From Opitutales bacterium (GTDB lineage: Bacteria; Verrucomicrobiota; Verrucomicrobiia; Opitutales; UBA953), in assembly GCA_040398005.1 (NCBI GenBank), contig JBBAUX010000002.1:32001-96000 (forward strand): a stretch of 64,000 nt of DNA, in the 5' to 3' direction. Positions 9,837 through 19,945 of this stretch are shown here, in pieces (position 1 is the first letter of the stretch; every line of letters begins with the position of its first letter). The position numbers were made by a program, and so were the translations under genes. The notes beneath the pieces are model-generated. The model was not told the DNA's origin. It worked only from the letters and a program-made list of their open reading frames with translations, and ran no database searches.

Positions 9837-10607
9837 ATGAAAAGTCTTGCTGATATTCGCCAACGTATCGCCCCCGCTCGCAAACGTTTACTGAAGCATG
9901 CCCTCTACGCACACATGGGCACGTTGAGTGATATCCAAAACTTTATGCAGTTTCACGCCTTTGCCGTTTGGGATTTTATGTCCTTATTAAAGCGACTGCA
10001 GCGTGATTTAACCTGCATCGACTTACCTTGGGTTCCCGTGGGCGATGCCGAAGTGCGATTTTTAATTAACGAAATTGTCTGCGGGGAGGAATCCGACGTG
10101 GATCCCAGTGGCACCCGCATTAGCCACTTCGAACTTTATTTACGGGCCATGAATCAGGCAGGCTCATCTACGAAGTCAATCCTCGCGGCGCTCGAAAGTG
10201 TAAAACGTAAATCTACGACTGCTGAGGCCTTAAAATTATCTGGCGTCCCCGCAGGAGCTGCTGAGTTTTCTGCTCACACTTTTAATTTAGCTACCCAAGG
10301 AAAATTACATGAAGTGGCCTCCGCTTTTACTTTTGGCCGCGAAGATTTAATCCCCGATATGTTTCATGAACTAGTCGTTAAGCTTAGTCAGGAGCACGCT
10401 GGTAAATTAGATACGTTTAAGTATTATTTAGAGCGCCATATCGAAGTCGACGGCGGTCATCACGGTGCCATCTCCCTGCGCATGGTTGAGTTGGTTTGCG
10501 GCAATGACGAAACTAAATGGGATGAAGCCGGAGCGGCCGCTTTAGGGGCTATTGAGTCCCGCATTAAATTATGGGATGCTATTGTGGCCTCTCAAAATAA
10601 GGCTTAA
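9837..10607 (+). CDS. DUF3050-family protein (heme-oxygenase-like fold, putative diiron)
   Basis: HAFAVWDFMSLLK, EIVCGEESD, SHFELY, FGREDLIPDMF, YLERHIEVDGGHH. Confidence 0.8.
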   Translation: MKSLADIRQRIAPARKRLLKHALYAHMGTLSDIQNFMQFHAFAVWDFMSLLKRLQRDLTCIDLPWVPVGDAEVRFLINEIVCGEESDVDPSGTRISHFELYLRAMNQAGSSTKSILAALESVKRKSTTAEALKLSGVPAGAAEFSAHTFNLATQGKLHEVASAFTFGREDLIPDMFHELVVKLSQEHAGKLDTFKYYLERHIEVDGGHHGAISLRMVELVCGNDETKWDEAGAAALGAIESRIKLWDAIVASQNKA

Positions 10608-11743
10608 TCAAATTTCTCTAACACCTCCACGCCGATCGCATCGGCGCGAAGTCTACCTTCACCGGTGAGTTTGAAAAACTCTCCGTGTAGTTCCATGAGC
10701 CCTTCTTCAACGAGATCCGCAAATAGAATGGAAATACTTTTAGGTAGTTCGGTTTGAAAACGTTGAGCTAATGCAAAAGGCGAAATTCCGGAATTCAGTC
10801 GCAGTCCAAAAATAATTGAATCGGCCAATAAATCGTGATTTTTTAGATTCTTGGTTTGCTCGCGTACGGGCTGTCTGGCTTCGATGCCTTTAAGCCAGCC
10901 TTCAAGGTTTGCTGGGTTGGTCCATCGCTGCTGGTTCCACTGAGAGGAGGCCGATGGTCCGTAGCCGAGCCAATCACCCATATGCCAAGTAATCAGGTTG
11001 TGCTCACATTGATGTCCGGGTTTCGCAAAATTAGAAATTTCATATTGAGCATATCCTTCGCCCTCTAATTTCTCCCAAGTTTTTCGATAGAGAAAGGATT
11101 CTAAGTCTTTATCGATTTTTACTTTGCCCTGACTCATCTTAACAAACATCGCCGTGTCTTCTTCGAAGGTTAAGCAGTAGGTGGAAATATGATCAGGCTT
11201 TAACTCAATCACTCTGGTTAAGTCTTCCAGCCAACGTTGATCATCCTGTCCGGGAATGCCAAAAATAAGATCAAGATTTCGACTCTGAAATTTTGCCTCC
11301 TCAATTAATTTCCAAGCCTCCATGATTTGTTTAGGAGAATGGCGTCTTCCAAGTGTATCGAGTGTGACGTCATCAAAACTTTGTACGCCTAAGGATACAC
11401 GGGTGACGCCCGCTTCTTTGAGCGCCGCTAATTTATCTGCACGGACTGATGAAGGAGCTAGTTCCACTGACCATTCCTTGGGCTTGCCACCTGCGCGGAC
11501 CATCGTTCTTCCGAGAAGAAATAAATCTTCGGCGGGAAGTAAACCCGGGGTGCCTCCGCCCCAAAAGGCTGTATTTACGGGGCCACTCGGCATCAACTCA
11601 CACTCTTGCTCCATCGCATCCAGATAGCGGTCGATGTCGCCACGTTTGGGTTGCTCTTGATAGAACGCACAAAAATCACAGGTCGACGCACAGAAGGGTA
11701 CGTGAAAATAAATTCCCTTACCTAGTGTCTTGGCCTCGATCAT
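10604..11743 (-). CDS. hemW: Radical SAM heme chaperone HemW (HemN-like)
   Basis: YFHVPFCASTCDFCAF (CxxxCxxC), GGGTP, YEISNF, HN motif. Confidence 0.9.
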   Translation of the reverse strand: MIEAKTLGKGIYFHVPFCASTCDFCAFYQEQPKRGDIDRYLDAMEQECELMPSGPVNTAFWGGGTPGLLPAEDLFLLGRTMVRAGGKPKEWSVELAPSSVRADKLAALKEAGVTRVSLGVQSFDDVTLDTLGRRHSPKQIMEAWKLIEEAKFQSRNLDLIFGIPGQDDQRWLEDLTRVIELKPDHISTYCLTFEEDTAMFVKMSQGKVKIDKDLESFLYRKTWEKLEGEGYAQYEISNFAKPGHQCEHNLITWHMGDWLGYGPSASSQWNQQRWTNPANLEGWLKGIEARQPVREQTKNLKNHDLLADSIIFGLRLNSGISPFALAQRFQTELPKSISILFADLVEEGLMELHGEFFKLTGEGRLRADAIGVEVLEKFD

Positions 11744-12285
11744 TCTAAGCCTAATTCTTTACGTCCCGCTTCGGAAATCATTCGCGGATTCCAAATGGGA
11801 TCCCACACAATCGATACTTCGGCGGATTCGACGCCAGATAGTAATTCAATTTTTGCTTTGGCGTCAGCGGCGATGACTGGACCCATACCACAGCCTTGTG
11901 CGGTTAAAGTCATTTTAACATTCACTATTTTTCCACCCTGAGTTCCGTCGGCTATATCGAGGTCATAAATAAGTCCAAGGTCGACAATGTTAATCGGAAT
12001 TTCTGGATCAAAGCATCCGCGTAAAGCTGTCCAAATCATTTCATCATTGAGCGGACCTTCGGTAGATTTTTGAGAATCTGGTTTTAATAAATTTTTCCCT
12101 TCTGGGCCTAATGCTGAAATATCATTTTCATTAATTCGAAAGAGTCCGAGGTTGGTCCGAACGGTAATCGAATTACCCAGCGCTTGAGTGACCGTCACCG
12201 TGGTGCCTTTCTCGAGAATCACAGTGTCGCCCGCTGGAATCAGGGTTGTGGTGCAGTCTTTGACGAGGGTAAAAGTTGTGGACAT
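11740..12285 (-). CDS. sufT: Fe-S cluster assembly protein SufT (DUF59 domain)
   Basis: DPEIPINIVDLGLIY, MTLTAQGCGMG, VWDPIW; ATG at 12285 preferred over GTG at 12291. Confidence 0.88.
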   Translation of the reverse strand: MSTTFTLVKDCTTTLIPAGDTVILEKGTTVTVTQALGNSITVRTNLGLFRINENDISALGPEGKNLLKPDSQKSTEGPLNDEMIWTALRGCFDPEIPINIVDLGLIYDLDIADGTQGGKIVNVKMTLTAQGCGMGPVIAADAKAKIELLSGVESAEVSIVWDPIWNPRMISEAGRKELGLE

Positions 12286-12382
12286 AGCCACAAACTTAAG
12301 GTTCGTGGCAAGGAGGCAAGCGTGTCCGCATAAGATTGCTTCTTCGCTTGCCGAACTCGGGTGGTAGACTACCCCTATTTAT

Positions 12383-14167
12383 ATGCCAGTTTGGTTTAAT
12401 CCAGCACGTGAACTTGATGCTTTGCTCCGTAAGGTAGCACCGCAGGTCGCTGGTCTTGATTCTCATTTCGACCCTGAATTGCGCCCCTCCGATCCCCGGC
12501 ACGCCGACTTCCAAGCCAATGGAGTTTTGGCCGCCGCTAAAAGAGTGAAGCAAAACCCTCGTGCCCTCGCTACTTCATTACTTGAAGTGGTGCGTGCATC
12601 CGGAGAGTTAGACGAAAGTCTCATTGTGGCTGAAGTCGCTGGTCCAGGCTTCATTAATTTTAAACTTACCCCGATTGCGCTCGGCGCTTGGTTAAAAGAA
12701 TATCGCGACGAATCTAAGTGGCGTGCAGGTGCGGCGAAAATTATGGGCGGTAAAAAAGTAGTGATTGATTACCCCTCGCCCAATACCGCCAAGCAAATGC
12801 ATGTCGGACACTTACGTCCTATCGTCATCGGCGAAGCGGTGGCACGTTTAATTGAATTTTGTGGAGCGGAATTAATTCGCGATAATCATATTGGAGATTG
12901 GGGTACGAATTTCGGAATTCTTATTTTAGCGATTCGTCGCTCGGGATTTAAACTCGATGCTAAAAGCCCGACCGCGCTCGAAGACCTTGAGCGATTGTAT
13001 AAAGAGGGTAGTGTACAAACCAAGGCGGATCCTGCGGCAATGGATGCAGCTCGTGCAGAACTTGCTAAATTACAAACCGGAGACGCTGAAAACCTTAAAT
13101 TATGGGAGGAAATCGTGCAGGTTTCCAATGCTGCCTGTCAGCGTATCTATGATCAATTCGGACTAAAGAGTGACGTTATTCTCGGCGAATCATTTTACCG
13201 CGATAAGGTGGATCAAGTTTACACCGAGCTGCAGAAATGTGGATTAGCGGAAGAGAGTGAAGGCGCCTTAGTCGTTTGGGATGACGAAGAACCGCGCTTC
13301 TCTCGTCACGCCGAAACAAAGATGCCTTTTATTGTAAGAAAGAAAGATGGCTCTTCGAATTACGCATCGACTGATTTAGCTACGCTCCTTTATCGAGCTG
13401 AACATTTTAAAGCCGAAGAAATTGTCTACGTAACCGATGGACGTCAGCAAGACCACTTTCACCAACTTTTCCGAACGGGAACTCGCTGGTTTAATTCTAC
13501 CCAAAGAAAACTTCCACGTTTAAGACACGTTTGGTTTGGAACCATCTTGGGCGAGGACGGCAAAGCGATTAAAACAAAATCAGGAGACCCCGTTCGATTG
13601 CAGTCACTGATTGATGAGGCCACCGAACGTGCGTACGCCGCCGTCACTGAAAAAAGTCCAGAGATTCCGGAGCCCGAACGTCGCATGATTGCCCAAAGGG
13701 TCGGAGTCGCCGCACTGCGCTATGTCGATTTGGCGTCGAATCGCACGATGGACTACTCGTTCTCGTGGTCTAAATTATTAGCCTTTGAAGGTAATACCGC
13801 CCCTTATCTCATGTATGCTGCGGTTCGCGTTCGTTCAATTTTTAGGAAGAGCGGTATCGCTTTAGGTCAAGGCGAAGAGGGTGCCTCCGATTTAGAAACG
13901 CCCGAGGAAATCTCACTCGCCCGAAAACTTTTAGGTTTCACCGCAGCTTTAGATTCCGCCCTCGAGGACCTTCGTCCGCACCACTTATGCACTTACTTGC
14001 ATGAGTTAGCCGCCGCTTACGGGACTTTCTATGCCGCAAATTCAGTGAATGATCCAACGTTGCCGGCAGCGACTAAAGCTCGTCGCTTAATGCTCTGTGC
14101 TCGTACTTGTTCGATTTTAGAAACGGGTTTGCGCTTATTAGCGATTGAGCCTGTTGAGCGCATGTAA
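12383..14167 (+). CDS. argS: Arginine--tRNA ligase
   Basis: SPNTAKQMHVGH (HIGH motif), GDWGTNFG, GNTAPYLMY, C-terminal ERM. Confidence 0.97.
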   Translation: MPVWFNPARELDALLRKVAPQVAGLDSHFDPELRPSDPRHADFQANGVLAAAKRVKQNPRALATSLLEVVRASGELDESLIVAEVAGPGFINFKLTPIALGAWLKEYRDESKWRAGAAKIMGGKKVVIDYPSPNTAKQMHVGHLRPIVIGEAVARLIEFCGAELIRDNHIGDWGTNFGILILAIRRSGFKLDAKSPTALEDLERLYKEGSVQTKADPAAMDAARAELAKLQTGDAENLKLWEEIVQVSNAACQRIYDQFGLKSDVILGESFYRDKVDQVYTELQKCGLAEESEGALVVWDDEEPRFSRHAETKMPFIVRKKDGSSNYASTDLATLLYRAEHFKAEEIVYVTDGRQQDHFHQLFRTGTRWFNSTQRKLPRLRHVWFGTILGEDGKAIKTKSGDPVRLQSLIDEATERAYAAVTEKSPEIPEPERRMIAQRVGVAALRYVDLASNRTMDYSFSWSKLLAFEGNTAPYLMYAAVRVRSIFRKSGIALGQGEEGASDLETPEEISLARKLLGFTAALDSALEDLRPHHLCTYLHELAAAYGTFYAANSVNDPTLPAATKARRLMLCARTCSILETGLRLLAIEPVERM

Positions 14168-14169
14168 TC

Positions 14170-14571
14170 ATGGAAGAGCCTGAATTAAAAATTAATCGTG
14201 GTGAAATTATTTCACGGGGGCTAGTGTGTCGCTGTCCCAATTGTGGTGAATACGGACTCCTAGAGTCCTGGTTTCATTTGCGAAAAGCTTGTAGTGAGTG
14301 TCAGATGGATTTAACCCGCTCGGCTGGATTTTACTCGGGTACTACTTCCATCGGTTATGTTGCTTCGATTATTTTCATTATTCTTCCCGTTATATTTTTA
14401 GTGATCAATCAAACCCTCTCCGTGCGCGCGGGTATTCTGATCTCAATTTTTGGCAGTATGAGTTTTATTATCCTCATTTACCCCCTGATGCTTTGTTGGA
14501 TGGTGATGGTCTATCACGTCGCTCTGCCTGGGGAATTGCCTGCCAATACCGATAGTAATCCCAATAAATAG
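14170..14571 (+). CDS. DUF983-like membrane protein with Zn-ribbon
   Basis: CRCPNCG and CSEC motifs followed by two TM segments. Confidence 0.65.
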   Translation: MEEPELKINRGEIISRGLVCRCPNCGEYGLLESWFHLRKACSECQMDLTRSAGFYSGTTSIGYVASIIFIILPVIFLVINQTLSVRAGILISIFGSMSFIILIYPLMLCWMVMVYHVALPGELPANTDSNPNK

Positions 14572-14615
14572 CCAGATATTGACATCCATCTTCATATCTT
14601 GATACGATGATACAT

Positions 14616-15497
14616 ATGCCTAAGGCAGAATTTATTAACCGTTTGCGGGCCAAGCATCGGCCGACTGTTTCGGTGGAGTTTTTTCCACCCAAAACATCGT
14701 CGGATGGTGCATCTATGTTGGAAACGGCAAAAATTCTCAAACCTCTGGGCGTAGACTTTGCTTCGATTACTTATGGTGCAGGTGGTTCGGACCGCTCTAC
14801 GGTTTTAGAATATGGCAGCCAATTGGTTAAAGCCGGTTACCCACTCATTGCCCACTTAACTTGTGTGGGGCATAGTAGGGAAGAGCTAAAAGAAATTATC
14901 AGCAAATATGATGTTGCCGGCTTTGCAGGTATTCTCGCGTTGCGTGGCGATCCGCCTAAGGGTCAAAACGAATTCATCGCCCACCCTCAAGGTTTTGCCT
15001 ATGCTTCGGGCCTAGTTGAATTGATTAAAGAAAGTTTTCCGAATCGTTTTGCCTTAGGAGTCGCCGGTTTCCCCGAAAGACATCCTTCGTCGCCCGACGA
15101 CTTATCGGATATCCGTTATTTAGCCGGAAAAGTTTCCGCAGGCGCAGATTTTATTACCACCCAACTTTTCTTAGACAACGAAGACTATTTTAACTTCGTG
15201 AATCGGGCTCGTGCGGCGGGAGTTGCCGTCCCGATTTTACCAGGGATTATGCCGGTATTATCTTTGAAGCAGGCCCGTCGATTCTGTGGATTTTGTAAGG
15301 CTAAAATCCCTGATTTATTGGTAAAGGAATTAGAGTCCTGTGGGGAGGACGAAGAAGCGCAACGCCAGGTGGGTGTTTCTTGGGCAGTGCGACAAATTAA
15401 GGGTCTGCTCAGTCGCGGTGCACCTGGCTATCACGTTTATATTCTGAATCGTGCACAGTCGGCGGTAGAATTATTTAAGCAATTAGAAGCTAAATAA
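14616..15497 (+). CDS. metF: 5,10-methylenetetrahydrofolate reductase
   Basis: SVEFFPPK, TYGAGGS, AHLTCVG, ALRGDPP, ITTQLF; ATG at 14616 fits the upstream promoter better than 14607. Confidence 0.95.
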   Translation: MPKAEFINRLRAKHRPTVSVEFFPPKTSSDGASMLETAKILKPLGVDFASITYGAGGSDRSTVLEYGSQLVKAGYPLIAHLTCVGHSREELKEIISKYDVAGFAGILALRGDPPKGQNEFIAHPQGFAYASGLVELIKESFPNRFALGVAGFPERHPSSPDDLSDIRYLAGKVSAGADFITTQLFLDNEDYFNFVNRARAAGVAVPILPGIMPVLSLKQARRFCGFCKAKIPDLLVKELESCGEDEEAQRQVGVSWAVRQIKGLLSRGAPGYHVYILNRAQSAVELFKQLEAK

Positions 15498-15517
15498 CTG
15501 TTTGTAGATTTTGTTGC

Positions 15518-16822
15518 GTGTGCCAGATTCAAGCCGTGCCGGAATTGTCATCCCATAAACCTTTTTCTTGGCGACGAGCAGGAACATGGGCGTTCTATGA
15601 TTTTGCGAATACGGGTTTTGCGATGGTCGTACTGGCCCTAATCTGGCCACAGATGTTTCACCGCTATTGGGGCCAGGGTCTAGATCATCAAACCGAATCG
15701 ATCACCTTTAAGTTAAGTCAGGCCACTCCCTGTTTATTAATATTCTTAGTGGCACCCTTCTTAGGTCAGTTAGCAGAAACCGGTCACTTCCGCCTTCGGG
15801 CACTCCGTTGGTCGGTCGTCCTCGGCGTTATTTTCACCTGCGGACTTTCCTTTGTCCCGGCCAGCGAGTGGTTTTACTCGGCTTTACTTTATACACTAGG
15901 CGCCGTCGCTTTTTTCTGTGCGAGCACTTTTTACGATTCCATGATTGTGGATTTTGCTCCGCCAGGCCAACGCCATTTCATTAGCGGAGTGGCCTATTCA
16001 TTGGGCTTCGTGGCGGGCTTAATTATTTTAGTCTGTCTCGCTTTAGGTTTCTTTGCGGGCGACTCTTTACGTTGGATTTATTTAGCGGCGGGTCTTTGGT
16101 GGCTTATTTTCTCACTCCCCCTTTTACTTTATCCCGACGAGCGTTCCGCGCATGTGCCGAGTTTGTCACTCCGCCAAGTGTTTTATGCCACCGTGCAAAC
16201 GAGCAAAGAACTTTGGGCCGATGTCAAAGTCCGTTGGTTTTTATTAGCTTATATTTTATATATTGATGGTCTCCACGCGGTGAAAACTTCGGCGGCTCAC
16301 TTTGGGGCAGTCTTAGGTTTCGGGGAGATGGATTTAATCAAAGCTTTCTTAGTCGTCCAAATCATCGGCGTTCCGGCCGCCCTTATTTTTGGCTGGTTGG
16401 GAAATCGTTGGGGCGCGGTCCGGATGATCGCTATTGCTTTAGTGGGTTACATTTTTCTCACAGTGTTCGGCTCACAAATTCAACCCGGTAATTTAACCCT
16501 GCTGAATTTCACTTTCCCGTCGGTTTGGTTGATTGCCGCAGGTGTGGGATTGGTGCAGGGCGGAGTGCAGGCCTTGAGTCGCTCTTACTTTGCTGAACTC
16601 GTGCCGCTAGGCCGGGAAGTCGTCTACTTCGGCTTTTACAGTATGATGGGCAAGTTTGCTGCATTCATCGGACCTTTGTTGGGTGCGTTAGCCGGCTGGG
16701 CTTTTGCTAGTCCAACCGATGATACCTCAGCCGAGCGTATCGGCTTCGCTTCTTTCGCCTTACTTTTTATTTTGGGACTTATTTTACTCACTCACTCCCA
16801 CCGCGTGAACAAAGTTAAATAG
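15518..16822 (+). CDS. MFS transporter (UMF1/ATG22-like)
   Basis: WAFYDFAN, GGVQALSRS, FGFYSMMGKF; about 12 TM segments; exact start uncertain. Confidence 0.85.
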   Translation: MCQIQAVPELSSHKPFSWRRAGTWAFYDFANTGFAMVVLALIWPQMFHRYWGQGLDHQTESITFKLSQATPCLLIFLVAPFLGQLAETGHFRLRALRWSVVLGVIFTCGLSFVPASEWFYSALLYTLGAVAFFCASTFYDSMIVDFAPPGQRHFISGVAYSLGFVAGLIILVCLALGFFAGDSLRWIYLAAGLWWLIFSLPLLLYPDERSAHVPSLSLRQVFYATVQTSKELWADVKVRWFLLAYILYIDGLHAVKTSAAHFGAVLGFGEMDLIKAFLVVQIIGVPAALIFGWLGNRWGAVRMIAIALVGYIFLTVFGSQIQPGNLTLLNFTFPSVWLIAAGVGLVQGGVQALSRSYFAELVPLGREVVYFGFYSMMGKFAAFIGPLLGALAGWAFASPTDDTSAERIGFASFALLFILGLILLTHSHRVNKVK

Positions 16823-19799
16823 TCGCGAGAATCTTCTCACTAATTTCTTTGACGGGAAGTTGATTGAGTAAGACAGGAGAGAGGCGATTCGGATTAATCT
16901 GAGGTAATGCCGTGATGTGCTCACTCAGAATGAGTCCGCGATTGGCGGCGACTTCATCCACGCGATCCACGGGGGTGAAGCGTGGAGTAGATTGCAGAAC
17001 TTGTGGGTGCGACCGGATGAGTTTACCAATCTCAATCACCGTTTCCGCAAAGCGATTGAGTTCGTCCTTGGTGTAGGACTCCGTCGGCTCAATCATTAAA
17101 CCAAAAACTTCAGGGAAGGCTACGGTCGGTGCGTGAAAACCGTAATCGAGGAAAAGTTTTCCGACCCGACTAATAATATTCGGTTTAGGAATGCCCGAAG
17201 TTTCGATTAATTTAAAATCATCGGCTGAAAGCGTGATAATAAATTCGTGCATACGGGGAATCGATTCCGCCGCGGTCGGTAATGAAGGGTAGTGCCCCGA
17301 GAGTTTTGAATGGAGGTAACGGCTGGATAGAACTGACATCGCAGACATGCGGGTGACGCCCTCGCGTCCGAGGCGCTGTAGATAGGTGTACACCCGAACT
17401 TTGTGAGCGAAGTTGCCCCAGTGGCGGTGGAAAGATCCAATGCTGTATTTGGGTTTTACCGGAATAAACTGTGTTCCTTGTTTTTCGATTTGGAAGCCTG
17501 GCAGGAAATCGACGAGTCGTGAGGATACTCCGACAATGCCATCGCCAGGTCCGCCACCGCCATGGGGGACAGTCCAAGTTTTGTGTAAATTATTATGGAC
17601 GGCGTCGACGCCCAGAGCTTCGAGATTTATCCAGCCTGCGATGGCATTCATATTGGCTCCATCCATGTAAACCAGTCCGCCCGCTGCGTGAATCGCATCT
17701 GCCATTCTTTTGAAGTCTGTTTCAAAAACACCTGAGGTATTCGGATTCGTGACCATCATGCCTGCAATACGCCGACCGAGTTCACGAATTTTCGAATCAA
17801 AATCGTTTTGATCGACGCGACCATCGGGGGAGGATTTTAAAATAACGATTCCCGAGGGTGCACCATCCGCCCGTTTCTTGTTGATAAATCCAGCCGTCGT
17901 TGCCGTCGCAAAATTCGTACCGTGTGCACTGGATGGTATGAGTAAAATATCGCGATGACTCTCTCCGCGTTTTTGGTGGTAGGCTTGAAAAAGTTTAATG
18001 CCAACGAGTTCGCCTTGGGCACCAGCGACAGGTTGTGTGGTGATACCAGGTAGACCCGTGATGGCCTTGAACCATTCTTGGATCTGCCATAATAATTCGA
18101 GACTACCTTGGCTGTCCTCAAGCGGTGCCTGTGGATGGAGTTGGGTGAATCCGGGTAAGTTGGCCGCCCAATCATTGATGTGCGGGTTGTACTTCATCGT
18201 ACAGGATCCGAGAGGGAAGCAGCCGGTATCGGGCGAAACATTTAATTCCCCGAGTCGGGTGTAGTAATCTTTTAATTCCGTTAAGCTGAAGGAAGGAAGT
18301 TCGACGGGTTGTTGACGAAGTAAATGAGAAGGTACATCGGCTAGTGCTGCCTCTGACTTCGAACTACCATAAAGTTTTTCAAAGAAGGTTACCAACTCAT
18401 CGGCTTCAGCTTCGGTTTGAATATCGCTGAAGGAAATTTTTAGTAGCGAACAGTGACAGGGGGTTCGTCCGGTAATATCTACGCCGACATGCAATCCTGC
18501 TTGGCGACCTTTTTGAATCACATCCTTGGCTGGCTCGGGTAGCATTAAACTGAACTCATTCCAAAACGCCTGTTTAGCGTAACAAATTTTTAATCCCGCA
18601 ATTCCGCCGAGTTTTTTAGCGACCCGGTGGGCGAGCTGGAATCCCTGGGCGCAACTTTGGGCCATACCATTTTCACCGCGTGCGAGGATAGCCGCACCCG
18701 CGATGGTTGCGATAAAGGCCTGGTTGGAGCAGATATTTGAAGTAGCTTTATCTTTGCGGATGTGTTGTTCGCGGGTCGCCATGACCATCACGATACAATC
18801 TCGTCCGGCATTGTCTTTGGCCTTGCCGACGAATCGTCCGGGCGTTTCACGCACTTCATTTTTGTGTTCAGCATTATGACGAACCGCGAATATTCCCAAG
18901 CCTGGTCCGCCGAAATTAGCACCGATGGCAAGATGTTGACCTTCTCCAATAATAATATCCGCCCCTTGTTTGCCGTACTGACTCGGGGCCTTTAATCCAC
19001 CGGTTGCGAGGAGCATCGGATCAATAACGGCAATTGAACGCACTTTAAGTTCGGCGCATACATCGGTAATGGCATCGACGTCTTCAATGAGTCCGAGGTG
19101 ATTGATTTGCGGAAATATAAAGGCCGCTACTTTTCCTTGGTGCTCACAAATCTTTTCTTTGAGTTGTTTTGTGCAAACGCAACCGGTGTCGGAATGACTA
19201 GAAACAAAATCTAGTTGTACCGAAGTCTCCGCGCAGTGAGTTTTTAAAACTTCGATATCGGATGGAAGTAAATTGTCGGCGACGAGGATGACGTTGGCTT
19301 CCGCCTCAGAAAGACGAGTGGCGCATACAGCGGCTTCGAAGAGGGCACTCGCCCGATCGTAGAGTGAAGAATTGACTGCTTCAAATCCTGTTAGTTGGGC
19401 TAAGGTCGATTGATAAAGCCAATGCGTAATCAGAGTGCCCTGTGACCGTTCGGGCTGATACGGGGTGTAGGAGGTGGTGAGATTCCGAATCGAACAAACG
19501 TGTTGGACGATTTCGTGTGTTCGATAAACTTGTAATCCGTCACCTAAGAAACTTTTTTTAATCTGATTCTTTTTAGAAAGATCAGACATGCGTTGTGCTA
19601 ATTGATTGTACTCTAATTCGTCGGGCAGCGCTAAGGGCTCACTAAATTTTACGGTAGCCGGAATGTGGGCATACAGATCGTTAAATTCTTTCAGTCCAAT
19701 CGCGGCAAACATGGAACGAATATCAGTCTCGCTCGCAGGGATGTAGTGGCGTGAAAGCTCCCGATTTATTTTTTCTGGATTAAACGGGAGCTGAACCAT
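16815..19799 (-). CDS. gcvP: Glycine dehydrogenase (decarboxylating) P protein, fused PA+PB
   Basis: YTPYQPERSQG, TREQHIRKDKATSNICSNQ, PLGSCTMKYNP, NLHKTW (PLP lysine), MIEPTES. Confidence 0.95.
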   Translation of the reverse strand: MVQLPFNPEKINRELSRHYIPASETDIRSMFAAIGLKEFNDLYAHIPATVKFSEPLALPDELEYNQLAQRMSDLSKKNQIKKSFLGDGLQVYRTHEIVQHVCSIRNLTTSYTPYQPERSQGTLITHWLYQSTLAQLTGFEAVNSSLYDRASALFEAAVCATRLSEAEANVILVADNLLPSDIEVLKTHCAETSVQLDFVSSHSDTGCVCTKQLKEKICEHQGKVAAFIFPQINHLGLIEDVDAITDVCAELKVRSIAVIDPMLLATGGLKAPSQYGKQGADIIIGEGQHLAIGANFGGPGLGIFAVRHNAEHKNEVRETPGRFVGKAKDNAGRDCIVMVMATREQHIRKDKATSNICSNQAFIATIAGAAILARGENGMAQSCAQGFQLAHRVAKKLGGIAGLKICYAKQAFWNEFSLMLPEPAKDVIQKGRQAGLHVGVDITGRTPCHCSLLKISFSDIQTEAEADELVTFFEKLYGSSKSEAALADVPSHLLRQQPVELPSFSLTELKDYYTRLGELNVSPDTGCFPLGSCTMKYNPHINDWAANLPGFTQLHPQAPLEDSQGSLELLWQIQEWFKAITGLPGITTQPVAGAQGELVGIKLFQAYHQKRGESHRDILLIPSSAHGTNFATATTAGFINKKRADGAPSGIVILKSSPDGRVDQNDFDSKIRELGRRIAGMMVTNPNTSGVFETDFKRMADAIHAAGGLVYMDGANMNAIAGWINLEALGVDAVHNNLHKTWTVPHGGGGPGDGIVGVSSRLVDFLPGFQIEKQGTQFIPVKPKYSIGSFHRHWGNFAHKVRVYTYLQRLGREGVTRMSAMSVLSSRYLHSKLSGHYPSLPTAAESIPRMHEFIITLSADDFKLIETSGIPKPNIISRVGKLFLDYGFHAPTVAFPEVFGLMIEPTESYTKDELNRFAETVIEIGKLIRSHPQVLQSTPRFTPVDRVDEVAANRGLILSEHITALPQINPNRLSPVLLNQLPVKEISEKILATI

Positions 19800-19945
19800 G
19801 ACTGAAAGTGTAAACGAACCGCCTGCTCTGCAAATACTCTGTTAAACTATTTTTTATTATAAGTTAAGTCTGTGGTAGTCATAAGCATCGGAGGGGGCTT
19901 AATCAGTTGTTTGCTTTTAGGCTAATTTCGAATTATGGCTTAACC

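Noticed and set aside
19800..19945. Possible glycine riboswitch upstream of gcvP
   Set aside because: No aptamer-like conserved motifs, and a promoter-like element sits only 7 nt from the ATG
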